Source: Scyliorhinus canicula
Lineage: Eukaryota
Direction of reading: 5' to 3'
Length of the DNA stretch: 64,000 nt
Assembly (NCBI RefSeq): GCF_902713615.1
Contig: NW_024055458.1
Span: 606,655-670,654 of the forward strand
Shown here: positions 35,047 to 47,070 of the stretch, piece after piece
Layout: each line of letters opens with the position of its first letter
Position numbering within the stretch: the first letter of the stretch is position 1
Translations under genes and position numbers: made by a program
The notes under the pieces: generated by a model
Databases searched by the model: none
What the model was told of the DNA's origin: nothing
The model's input: the letters and a program-made list of their open reading frames with translations, nothing else

Positions 35047-36619
35047 CTGAAGGGATTGGATTTGGATTCTGCTGTTAATCACATCCGGACCGAACCATCT
35101 TCACTCTGACAGCTGGAGTTTGTTGCTGCTGATAATAAGCCTGAAAACTGGGGTGTGTATTGATGTTCTGTATAAATATTGATTAAATCAGCTTTGATTC
35201 AGACACTCTGTTTTGAATATTTGGTTTCCTCAATGATAAGAGGAGACTGATTGATCTGTTGACTGGGACATTATTTTGATCTTATCGTACTCTGAATTAT
35301 TTCTGTTCTCTAGTTCACCTTCTCCCAGATTAAACACTGAGCTTTCATCAATCCTATCAATCTGTTGGAGACATTGGGCGGTTGGTGAGTTTCACCTGAT
35401 GTTGGTGTCAGTTGCCCTCGGACGATTTCCCAGTTTTCTGAAACTCCAGTGTGGTTCTGTGTTGATGTAATGATCGGAGTTTCAGTTCCAATGCTGATGA
35501 TGGAGGGCCTGTGCTGACAGAACCACAGAATCATTACAGTTCAGGAGGAGGCCAATCAGCCCATCGAGCCTGCTCTGCTCACTGAAAGAACATTCTACCT
35601 AATCCCACTCCCCTGCCTTATCCCTTAACCTTGCACATTCTTTCTTTGCAGATAATAATCCAATTCCCTTTTAAATACATTGATTGAAGCTCCATCTCCA
35701 TCTTAATATGTTCATTCCAGACTCCATCCACCCTCTGGGTGGAAACATTTGGCATCGCATCACCTCTGCTCCTTTTGCTAATTATTTTGAATCTGTGCTC
35801 TCTCGTTCTTGATGTACTCCTGAGGGGAAATAGCTTTTCATTATTTACCCTGTCCAAACCCCTCAGGATCTTGATTACCTCTACAAGTCTCCAATCAGCC
35901 TTCTTTTCTCCAAGGAAAACAGACTCAACCTCTCCTCATAGCTCCAGTTATTTCTCCCTGGGATCATTCTTGGGAAGCTTCTCTGGACTCTGTACTCCAA
36001 TGCCTTCACATCCTTCCTCAAGTTTAATAAAATAATTTCATGGGGATGTGGTGTCGCTGGCATTTACTGCCCATCATTAATTGCCCTTGAAACAGGCGCG
36101 CGCGGACATGGCGGCGGCAGCGAGGGTTTTGTGGGGCCAGGCTTCAGGCCTGTTGCAGGGAGCTGGACGGCAGCTGTTGTCGTGGATCCCAGGAGGGAAT
36201 GGGGGACCAACTCGAAATTACTACGTGGACTGGCGGATGCTTCGGGATGTGAAAAGGAGGAAATGGCCTTTGAGTTTGCCGATGAGAGGCGGCGACTTAA
36301 CGCTCTCCGGAAAAATACCATCTTGCCGAAGGAGCTGCAGGAAGTAGCTGACCAAGAGATTGCAAGCCTGCCGAGAGACAGCTGCCCTGTTCGGATTTGT
36401 AATCGCTGTGTCCTGACCTCTCGGCCGCGGGGTGTCAAACGTAGGTGGCGTCTCAGCCGGATTGTGTTCCGCCACCTTGCTGACCACAACCAGATGTCTG
36501 GGATCCAGCGTGCCTTGTGGTAGCACCACACCTGTTTGTGGGAAAGTGGATTTTAGCTTGAGTGACCCACTCCCACTGTGGGACTAGTGTGAAGGACATT
36601 TGCAACAAGTACTGGATCA

Positions 36620-36960
36620 CATAGAACATAGAACAGTACAGCACAGAACAGGCCCTTCGGCCCTCAATGTTGTGCCGAGCCATGATCACCCTACTCAAAC
36701 CCACGTATCCACCCTATACCCGTAACCCAACAACCCCCCCCCCCCCTTAACCTTACTTTTATTAGGACACTACGGGCAATTTAGCATGGCCAATCCACCT
36801 AACCCGCACATCTTTGGACTGTGGGAGGAAACCGGAGCACCCGGAGGAAACCCACGCACACAGGGGGAGGACGTGCAGACTCCACACAGACAGTGACCCA
36901 GCCGGGAATCGAACCTGGGACCCTGGAGCTGTGAAGCATTTATGCTAACCACCATGCTAC
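36620..36960 (-). mobile_element. HE1-like SINE inside the retrocopy 3' UTR
   Basis: Reverse V-core; (atagaac)n CR1-type tail. Confidence 0.8.
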
Positions 36961-37774
36961 CCTAAAGCATGGTGCTACCCACATCTGAAATAAAATGAGA
37001 AAATGCTAAATAGCGGGTAGCAGGATATTCCCTGTATTTCCTGGATTTAATTCAGTTACAAGTGTCCATCTACAGCACGGGCAACGAAGCACCTTCTGTA
37101 ATGAAGCACCAGGAGTCTATTGCCACAGGAGGCTGCCCACAGAGCAACCTTTCTCGATATGAATGTTTTCTTTCGGGGGGGCAGGGGGTTGGGAATACAT
37201 TACTACAGCACCTACACATCAGAAGTAGTTCATTGACTGAAGAGTGGTTTGAGATACACTAAGGTTGTGAAAAAGACTATTTAAATGCTGCAATGAGGGA
37301 GATGCTTGCCCCAGTTTATTCTGCCTAACCTCCCTTCACTTTGAGAAACTGACTCTCACAAAGGTGCAGTTCCATGGGCATGGACAGTACCAGCTTACCT
37401 TCCTGGCTACTCTCTATGAGTCTGGGCAGTGAGCACTGGCAAAGGGAGCTAGCAGCAGGCACAGTAAGATGGGCTGTGTGAAACCAACAGCATTGGGAAG
37501 CTGTTTCTCTGAGGGGCATTGCAGTTGTGCCTCTACCCGAGTTAGTTCTGATGCTTCATTCCAGCTTGCCCGTGCTGTAGATGGACACTTGTAACTGAAT
37601 TAAATACAGGGAATATCCTGCTACCCGCTATTTAGCATTTTCTCATTTTATTTCAGATATCCGCAACAGTATGTTTGGTGTGAGCTTCTTTTATTTTTAA
37701 TTTCCCCATTTTCAAAGAAGTTTTGCTCTGTAACGAAGCACCAGGAGTCTATTGCCACAATGAGATGTGTTTTA

Positions 37775-38100
37775 TGGTGACACAGTGGTTAGCACTGCTG
37801 CCCCACAGCGGCAGGGACTCGGGATCAATTCCGGCCTTGTGTGGCTGAATGTCTGTGGAGTTTGCACGTTCTCCCCGTGTCTGCGTGGGTTTCCTGTGGG
37901 TGCTCCGGGGTTCCTCCCTCAGCCCAAATATGTGCACGTTAGGTGCAATGGCCATGCTAAATTGCCCCTTGGTGTCCAAAGATGTGCATGTTAGGTGGGA
38001 TTATGGGATTACAGACGCCCTGGGTAGGGTGCTCTTTCAGCAGCTCGGTGCAGACTTAATGCCAAATGGCCTCCTTCTGCACTGTAGGAATCTATGATTC
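37775..38100 (+). mobile_element. HE1-like SINE, tail A, inside the retrocopy 3' UTR
   Basis: Head, V-core and aatctatgattctatg tail. Confidence 0.8.
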
Positions 38101-38649
38101 TATGTGTGTCAATACATGAATGTGGCTGTAATGAGGTTTCAAGGAGCTGTGTTCAAATGATCAAAGGGCAATGTGCAGTCTGCTGTACAGCATTAAAATC
38201 TGCATAACTCCGAATTAAAAGGCAAGCTATTTGGTACAGTTTTTGGGGGAGTGTGGGAAGGCGAGATGAACAGTATTGTTAACCATAATATCATGTGCGT
38301 TTGATGCAATATGTTTGAATGTACTCTAAATCATGTTTGGTAGGTAATATTTTGTTTGTACAAGAACACTTCCAACCTTCTTAAAATAAAATTAACGTGG
38401 TGTGCCCGTTTAATGATCTACCTTGAATATCCTGGGGTTGGTTGGGGTGCATTGTACTCAACCATCTCCCTTGGCTGCATGGTGAAGTGTGTAACAGGGC
38501 GAGTTGCTACATTTAAATTGCAAATATTTGCTCTTTGCCTTTGTCCAAAGATCAATTTTGTGTAATGCTCTGAAGAATGGTAATGATGTGACTTTGAAAC
38601 CACTTGTCTCAATTGCACTCAATAAAGCTCATTTGAAGGACAAAAAAAA

Positions 38650-38900
38650 CATTAATTGCCCTTGAACTGAGCGGTTTGCTCAACCATTTCAGAGGGCATT
38701 TTAAGAGTCGACCACTTTGCTGTGGGTCTGGTGTCACATGTCGGCCACACCAGGTAAGGGCAGGAGATTTCCTTCCCTAAAGGACATGAGAGATCCAGAT
38801 GGGGTTTTATGACAAACAACGATGGTTTCATGTTCATCATTAGACTTTTAATTCCAGATTTTTAAAAATTGAATTCACATTCCACCATTTCATATACTAA
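38650..38900 (-). mobile_element. Older interspersed repeat split by the retrocopy (left part ~36035-36091; another copy ~54815-54965)
   Basis: Sequence is continuous across the TSD; its end resembles the 3' tail of the LINE at 24490-25730. Confidence 0.65.
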
Positions 38901-38929
38901 CTAAGAAGTTAATTTCTGGACTAAAGAAT

Positions 38930-40620
38930 TGTGAGTTCTTCAAAGATGCAACAAGCAAAGTGGATAAAGGGGACCCTGTAGGTGTAATGTATTTGGACTT
39001 CTGGAAGGTGATTGATAAATTGCCACACAGGTTAATTGACAAGGTGAATTCACATGGGATTAGGGGTAATTTATTAGTTTAGATAGAAGACTGGCTGACA
39101 GACAGGAAACAGAGAGTCAGGATAAATGGTTCTTTTTTGGATGGCAAGATGTAACTAATGGGCTGCCACAGGGTTCAGTCCTTGGGCCCCAGCTATTTAT
39201 AATCTATATTAACAACTTGGATACAGGGATAGAAGGTTCCATAGCCAAATTAGTAGATGACACAAAAATAGTTGGGACAGGAAGCTGCAATGAGAAAATA
39301 AGAACCTTACAAATGGATATAGTAGGTTCGGAGAGTGGTCCAAAATGTGGCTGATGGAGCTTATTGTGGATAAATGTGAGGTCATGCATTTTGGTCAAAA
39401 AAAATGGAAAGGCAGCTTATCTAAATGGGGAGAGACATTTGGGTGCTCTTATTAGGGGCTGGTTTAGCTCACTGGGCTAAATCACTGACTTTTAAAGCAG
39501 GCCAGCAGCATGGTTCGATTCCCGTACCAGCCTCCCAGGACAGGAGCCGGAATGTGGCGACTAGGGGCTTTTCACAGTAACTTCATTGAAGCCTACCTGT
39601 GATAATAAGCGATTTTCATTTCATTTCATATAGAGGGATCTGGGTGTCCTTGTGCATGATTCACATAAAATGAGCATGCAGGTGCTGCAGATAATCAGGA
39701 AAGCAAATGGAATGTTAGCAAAAGGAACTGAGGAAGGAAATATTGTTTCAACTATACAAGGCATTGGTAAGTCCGCACCTGGAGTATTGTGCACAGTTTT
39801 GGTCCCCTTATTTGAGGAAAGATGTAGTGGCATTGGAGGCAGTTCAGAGGAGGTTCACGAGATTTATTCCAGAGAGAGGGGAGATTGAATAGTTTAGGCC
39901 TATACTCTCTCTTAGAAGAATGAAGGGAGATCTCATTGAGGTAAACAAGATGCTAAAAGGTATGGATAATGGGTGGCACGGTAGCACAGTGGTTAGCACT
40001 GTTTCTTCACAGTGCCAGGGTCCCGGGTTTGATTCCTGGTTTGGGTCTCTGTCTGTGTGGAGTCTGCACATTCTCCTTGTGTCTGTGTGGGTTTCCTCCA
40101 GGCGCTCGGGTTTCCTCCAGGCGCTCCGGTTTCCTCCCACAAACCCTAAAAGACATGCTGTTAGGTAATTGGACATTCTGAATTCTCCGTCTGTGTTCCT
40201 GATCAGGCACCGGAATATGGCAACTAGGGGATTTCCACAGTAACTTCATTGTAGTGTTAATGTAAGCCTACTTCTGACAATAATAAAGATTATAAAGTAG
40301 ACGTGGAGCTGATGCTTCCTGTTGTGGGGCATTTTAAACAAGAGGTCACAATCTTTAGAATAAGAGGTAGCAAATTTAAAACAGATTTGAAGAGAAACTA
40401 CTCCCAAAGGGTTGTCAATCTGTGGAATTCGCTACCCCAGAGTATGGTGGATTTAGTGACAGTGAGTAAATTCAAGGAGGAATTAGACAGATTTTTAATT
40501 GGTAATGGGTTGAAGGCTTATGGAGAACGGTGGAGTTGAGCCCAGGATAGGATCAGCCATGATTATATCGAAGGTGTTTCGGTGAGGGAGGCTGCATTGC
40601 CTACTCCTGCTCCTCGTTCG
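38930..40620 (+). mobile_element. Degraded CR1 3' region interrupted by SINEs (~39452-39625, ~39970-40295)
   Basis: gtaatgtatttggacttc, ctgccacagggttcagtccttgggccc, gtagatgac motifs; MKGDLIEV. Confidence 0.75.
39452..39625 (+). mobile_element. Short second SINE family (ggggctggtttagc head, tail-C homology, (TTTCA)n end); minus copies ~44430-44606 and ~49085-49273
   Basis: A/B-box-like head ...ggttcgattcccg, then gaatgtggcgactaggggcttttcacagtaacttcattgaagcctac. Confidence 0.8.
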
Positions 40621-41004
40621 TGCGTTCTCGTGAGGAGATGCTCTGGCTGATTTTGCAGTCCAGCTCTTGATCTTTAGCATTGCAGGTAGCAGGTGAGGAA
40701 TATATCAGCTATGATAGAATGGCACAGCATATTCGATGGGCAAAGTTGCCTAAATCTCCTCCTGTATCTTATGAATTTATGACTGTACACAGCACAATAC
40801 TGTTCACTGTACCTCAGTACATGTGACCAGAAAACAAATACAATACAAACAAATCTTGTTTACCCATCCTGTGTGCTCACTTTCCTTTTAAGAAGTTGAA
40901 ATTTCCCATTCTTCTATCCCTATAATCGTAATCCTCCTGATCTGCAATCTCCTCCCCACACACCCCTGCAAGATCTCTGCACTGCAAGATCTCTGCACTA
41001 AGGT

Positions 41005-41600
41005 CAGCACGGTGGCACAGTGGGTTAGCCCTGCTACCTCACAGCACCGAGGTCCCAGGTTCGATCCCGGCTCTGGGTCACTGTCCGTGTGGAATTTGCA
41101 CATTCTCCCCATGTTTGTGTGGGTTTCGCCCCCACAACCCAAAGATATGCAGGCTAGGTGGATTGGCCACTCTAATTTGCGCCTTAATTGGAAAAAATTA
41201 ATTGGGTACTCTAAATTTATTTTAAAAATAAGATCCCTGCACTCATTTAATTCCAACCATGACAGCATTCCTGATTTTATTTGGTCCACCATTACTGACC
41301 TTTTATCATTTGACACAAGCTCTGGAATTTCCTCCTTAAAACTCTGCGACTCTCTCACTCACTTTCCTCTATTTTTTTTTTTTTATAAATTTAGATTACC
41401 CAATTATTTTTTCCAATTAAGGGGCAATTTAGCGTGGCCAATCCACCTACTCTGCACATTTTTGGGTTGTGGGGGTGAAACCCACGCAAACACGGGGAGA
41501 ATGTGCAAACTCCACACGGACAGTGACCCAGAGCCGGGATCGAACCTGGGACCTCAGCGCCGTGAGGCGGTTGTGCTAACCACTAGGCCACCGTGCTGCC
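41005..41600. mobile_element. Two tail-B SINEs (+41005-41225, -41385-41600); the latter is near-identical to -50770-50991
   Basis: Direct comparison shows only a few mismatches. Confidence 0.85.
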
Positions 41601-42693
41601 CCCCACTTTCCTCTATTAAGATTATCCTTAAAATCTAATATCTCCTCTTGTGGCCCAGTTTCAATTGTTATTTTGTAACATTTCTCTGAAATGTCTGAAA
41701 AAGCTTTATTCTGTCAAAATAAATCTGAATTATTGTCAGAGTTCTGGAGATGTATCATTGTTCTGTCTCATAAAGAGGAATTTGTAACTCAGAGTGAAAT
41801 GTCATGATGAAGCATTTCAAAAACCATATTCATTTGGGTCTCTTTGTACCGATAACAAACTCCAGCCAATTTACCAAAAGTCAAATAAATTAGATTTGTG
41901 TTAAATGCGCAGTGTGTTGAAACTTTTTAATATCTCTGACACAAGTTAGTTCCTTTTTGAAGTACTCTCGCTCTCCCCTGTCTCTTCCATCCTCACCTCC
42001 AACAAGAAGCGCGAGGAGCTTGTGGAGCTTCTTTGTGACTGAGATTGAGTCAATCCGATCAGCTGCCTCTGCTGCTTCCCTCCCTTCCACGAGCCCACCG
42101 GATCAAACTGTCTCAATCTCCTTTCCCGAGTCATGAACCCACATCTTTCTTTAGTTTCTCTCCCATCTCCCCTCATGCTCTCTAAGAGCTCATCTTGTCC
42201 ATGAGACCCAGCTCCTGCTCCACGACCCTATTCCCACTAAGTTACTGATCAGCCAGCTATCCTGTGTCCATGGATATTGTCAACATTTCTGTCTCTTCAG
42301 GTACCGTAACTCGGTCCTTCAAATCTACCATCATCACCCCCTTACAAATTACTGCCCCATCTTCAACCTCCTTCTCGTCTGCAAACTCTTTGAACATGTT
42401 GTCACCTCTCAAATCCTTGCCCATCTTTCCCAGAACTCCCATGTTTGAATCCCTTGAATCAGGTCTCTGCCCTGTCACAGTAGTGAAATACAAGAGACAA
42501 ACAGAATCTCAAATCTCACCCGGAGAGAAAGACAGACAATCCGGGAGCTTGGATCCAACACGGATATGTTCATACGTCCCAGAAGACAAGGGTAGCAGCA
42601 CAGTCATTATTTTATTTTTTTAAATTTAGAGTACCCAATTATATTTTTTTCAAATTCAGGGGCAATTTAGCGTATTTTTTATTTTTTTTTAAA

Positions 42694-43040
42694 GGGCAGC
42701 ACGGTAGCATTGTGGATAGCACAATCGCTTCACAGCTCCAGGGTCTCAGGTTCGATTCCGGCTTGGGTCACTGTCTGTGCGGAGTCTGCACATCCTTCCC
42801 GTGTGTGCGTGGGTTTCCTCCGGGTGCTCCGGTTTCCTCCCACGTCCAAAGATGTGCAGGTTAGGTGGATTGGCCATGCTAAATTGCCCTTGGTGTCCAG
42901 GATTGCCCTTAGTGTTGGATGGGGTTACTGGGTTATAGGGATAGGGTGGAGGTGTTAACCTTGGGAAGGGTGCTCTTTCCAGGAGCCGGTGCAGACTCGA
43001 TGGGCCGAATGGCCTCCTTCTGCGCTGTAAATTCTCTGTA
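42694..43040 (+). mobile_element. HE1-like SINE, tail A
   Basis: Full head, core and tail. Confidence 0.85.
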
Positions 43041-43099
43041 AAAAAATGTTGCGACTGAGCCTAAACTCCGCTGCTGCTGCCCCCAATAAATATGGTAGA

Positions 43100-43640
43100 T
43101 GCGCGTGCGCACTGCTGCTAGTGCCAAAATAAAGTTGATGTGTGCGCATGTGCACACCGCCGCTCACGCGCGGCAGAGATGGCGGTCCCATCGTCTCGTC
43201 TGTGAGAAAGCTTCAGGGCCCCCGGTACCGGTAGGTTATTTTTAAGGGTTTCCGGTTTATATAACATATTTACGAAGCGTGTCCAACAACGCGTCTGATT
43301 CATCTCTCCCTCGGTCCCGCCATTCCCACCTTTACGGATTGTGAATCCGAGAAAGAACTTTCTCTGCGCCGCCATTGATCGCACTGCGCATGCTTCACTC
43401 GGCCCAGTCCTGCATCCTCGTTCGCTCCGATTGGCTGGAGGACCAGCCGATCCTGACCAGTCCTCCGAATCCGCCCCCTGAACCCTATTGGTTAGGAGCT
43501 GCCGTTAATCATTTCCCATTGTGAGGTGTCAGGTGAGAGGTCAGTGACGGGGGGCGGGGTTTACAAATCCCGGGTGCGGCCCCAGAGCCGAACAATGAAC
43601 ATTCTCCACTCTCACTGTCCGTCACTTCCGGCTTCTCTCC
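43100..43640. promoter_or_regulatory. CpG-rich, probably bidirectional promoter
   Basis: ATTGG (reverse CCAAT) ~43430 and ~43487; GC boxes; TGCGCATG; CACTTCCGG ETS motif ~43624; homologous to 62245-62560. Confidence 0.65.
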
Positions 43641-43859
43641 TCAAACAACCTCATAGAGACCAGGGGGGAGAGACACTGACCCAGTGACAATGTCACTGCA
43701 TTAGTCACCCAGAGAGACAGGAAAATGTTCTGGGGACATCGGCTCCAATCCATTAAATTAATAAAATCGGGAATCTAAAGTTAGTCTCAGTGATTGTGAC
43801 TGAGCGTCACTGAGAAAATCTCCAATGTCACTGGATTAGGTTAAAAAAGTAGTTAGTTT

Positions 43860-46470
43860 AAACTCTCTTGTTGGGAGACTGTTGGAATCCATTATTGAGG
43901 AAGTAGTAACTGGACATTTGGAAAGTCAAACTGCAATCCATCAGAGTCAGCGTAGTTTTGTGAAGGTTAGATTGTGTTTGATTCATTTCTTCCAGTTCTT
44001 GGAAGATGTAACAAGCCAAGTGGATAATGGGGTCTTGTAGATGTATTTGGACTCCCAGAATACATTTGATAAGGTGTCACACAAAAGGTAATAATAAATG
44101 TAAAATCCCACGGGGTTGAGAGATAATATATTAGCTTGGATAGAGGTTTGGCTAACCAGCAGAGAGTGAGGATTAGATTTATTGACACAGGTACAGAGGA
44201 AAAATATTTTTACCAGAGGGTGGTGACGGTCTGGAATGTACTGCCTTCAGAGGGTGATCGAGACGGGTTGCCTCACATCCTCTAAAAAAGTGCCTGGATG
44301 AAGACTGGCACGTCATAACATCGAAGGCTATGAGCCAAGTGCTGGCAAATGGGATTAGGAAGGTGGGCCAGGTTTATCATGTGTCGGTGCAAATTTGGTG
44401 GACCAAAGGGCCTTTTCTACACTGTGAATGAAATTAAATGAAAATCGCTTATTGTCACAAGTAGGCTGCAAATGAAGTTACTGTGAAAAGCCCCACATTC
44501 CGTCGCCTGTTCGGGGAGGCTGGTCCGGGAATTGAACCGTGCTGCTGGCCTGCCTCGGTCTGCTTTAAAAGCCAGCGATTTAGCCCAGTGTGCTAAACCA
44601 GCCCCTCTGAGTTGCTGATGATACAAAGTCCGGTGGCATCATAGACAGCATAGATGATTGCATTAAATTGCAAGAAGATATTGACTGCCAGACATGGTGA
44701 ATGGGCAAGATTGTGGCATTATAAACAAGTGTGAGGTTATCTGTTTTGAACCACAAAAGGATAGAACTGAGCACTTTCTAAATGGAAAGAGGTTCAGTAC
44801 AGTGGGTGTCCAAAGAGACTTGGGGTTCATAGAATCTATGGTATGGAGACAGGCCCTTCGGCCCAAACTGGTCCATGCCAACCAAAAAGCTCATCTAAGT
44901 CAATTCCATTGGTCTGTTTTGGCCCATATCCCTCTGAACCTTTCCTATCCATGTATCTGTCCAAATGCCTTTTCAGTGTTGGCAATGTCCCTGCCTCAAC
45001 TCCTTCCTCCGGCAGTTCATTCCGTATTATCCTCTATGGAAAACCATTGCTCCTCGGGTTCCCATTAATTCTTTCCCGTCTTAACCTAAACCTATGCCCT
45101 TTAGTTCTCGATTCCCCAACCCTGAGAAAAAGACTGAGTGCATTCACCCTATCCATGCCTCCCATGATCTTATACACCTCTATAAGATCACCCCTCAGTC
45201 CCCTACGCTCCAAAGATAAAGGTCCTGGCCTGTCCAATCTTTCCCTTTCACTCAGTCTCTTGAGTCCCGGCAACATACTTGTAAATCTCTTTTGCGCTCT
45301 CTCCAGTTTAATAACATCTTTCCTTTAGCAAGGCGACCAAAACTGAACACAATACTCCAAGTGCGACTTCACCAACGTCCTGTACAACTGTAACATAACT
45401 TTCCAACTTGTATACTAAATGCCCTGACTGATGAAGGCCAGCATGCCAAAAGCCTTCTTCATCAGAGAATTTGCAGTGCAGAAGGAGGTTATTCGGCCCA
45501 TCGAGTCTTCCAGAGCTGGATAGCCCTCAGAAAGAGCACCCCACCCACTTATCTACTCTATCCCAGTAACCCCCACTTAACCTTTTTTTTGGACACTAAG
45601 GGCAATTTAGCATGCCCAGTCCACCTATCCCGCACATCTTTAGACTGTGGGAGGAAACCAGAGAACACACGCAGTCACGGGGCGAATGTGCAGACTCCAC
45701 ACAGACAGTGACCCAACTGGGAATCGAACCTGGGACCCTGGAGCTGTGAAGCAACTGTGGTAACCACTATTCTACCGTGCTGCCCTATCTATCTGTGACT
45801 CCACCTTTAAAGAACCGTGCACATGAACTCCAAGATCCCTCTGTTCCATGATACACCCTAAGGCCCTACCATTCACTGTGAAAGTCCGACCCTGGATTTG
45901 ACTTTCTGAAATGCAACTCCTCACACTTATCTGTATTATCATAGAGTATCATAGAATGTACAGTGCAGAAGGAGGCCATTCAGCCCATCGAGTCTGCACC
46001 GGCTCTTGGAAAGAGCACCCTACCCAAGGTCAACACCTCCACCCTATCCCCATAACACAGTAACCCCACCCAACACTAAGGGCAATTTTGGACACTAAGG
46101 GCAATTTATCATGGCCAATCCACCTAACCTGCACATCTTTGGACTGTGGGAGGAAACCGAAGCACCCGGAGGAAACCCACGCAGACACGGGGAGGATGTA
46201 CAGACTCCGCACAGACAGTGACCCAAGCCGGAATCGAACCTGGGACCTTGGAGCTGTGAAGCAATTGTGCTATCCACAATGCTACCGTGCTGCCCATGAT
46301 GGTATTGAACAACATTTGCCATTTCTCAGCCTACTTCCCCAGCTGACAAGATCCTGCTGCAATTTTTGACAACCTTCCTCACTGTCTACAATACCACCTA
46401 TTTTACTGTCATCTGCAAACTTACTGATCATGCCTGGTACATTCTCATCCAAATCGTTGATATAGATACA
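43860..46470. mobile_element. Mosaic of CR1 fragments (+43860-44820, -44830-46470) and antisense SINEs (~45465-45785, ~45945-46295)
   Basis: Minus ORF MLPGLKRLSERERLDRPGPLSLERRGLRGDLIEVYKIM (CR1 C-terminus); SINE cores. Confidence 0.75.
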
Positions 46471-46589
46471 AATAGCAATCTCCGTGTTACTAATCTCCTA
46501 GTTACTGATCTCCGAGTTACTCCCTACTTAGTTAATTACTCCAGTTTCTCAAATTTAGAACAGATTTCCAACCAGCCAATCAGCTTTAC

Positions 46590-47070
46590 TCTGAGGTACG
46601 TTATTTATATTTATTGTGGGGCAGCATGGTGGCACAGTGGATAGCATTGCTGCCTGTGGTGCTGAGGACCCGGGTTCAAATCCTGGCTCTGGGTCACTGT
46701 CCATGAGGAGTTTGCACATTTTCCCTGTGTCTGCGTGGGTTTCGCCCCCACAACCCAAAGATGTCCATGCTAAATTGCCCCTTAATTGGAAAAATAATTG
46801 GGTGCCAATATTTATTGTTCCGAATTTGCACCAACTCCTCTCCCTGCTGTCTAGACCATGAATCCCCGAGGTACGTTATTTATATTCACTGTTCCGAAGC
46901 TCCTCCTGCCTGGGTTCACACCAACCCCTCTCCCTACTGTCTAGGCCGTGAATCCCCGAGGTGCATTATTTATATTTACTGTTCCGAAGCTCCTCCTGCC
47001 TGGATTTGCGCAAACTCCGCTCCCTGCTATCTAGGCCGTGAATCCCCGAGGTACATTATTTATATTTACT
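46590..47070. repeat. 90-bp tandem repeat (3-4 copies); first copy interrupted by a tail-B SINE
   Basis: aatccccgagg at 46861, 46951, 47041; TSD atatttattgt at ~46607 and ~46808. Confidence 0.85.

Larger units (their letters stand above)
36092..38649 (+). pseudogene. MRPS14: Processed MRPS14 retrocopy (mitochondrial ribosomal protein uS14m)
   Basis: ATG 36108 to TAG 36523, intronless; [15 protein letters not shown] / [22 protein letters not shown]...[22 protein letters not shown]; 1-bp frameshift at 36261-36263; AATAAA 38621, A8 at 38642-38649; TSD CATTAATTGCCCTTGAA at 36075-36091 and 38650-38666. Confidence 0.93.

Noticed and set aside
36131-36523. 130-aa ORF as an intact MRPS14 gene with a novel N-terminus
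   Set aside because: The true N-terminus is in the other frame (ATG 36108); the ORF results from the 1-bp frameshift.
43118-43384. 88-aa minus ORF beginning near ATGGCGGCG
   Set aside because: No recognisable homology; lies in a CpG promoter and more likely reflects a YY1-type motif or non-coding first exon.
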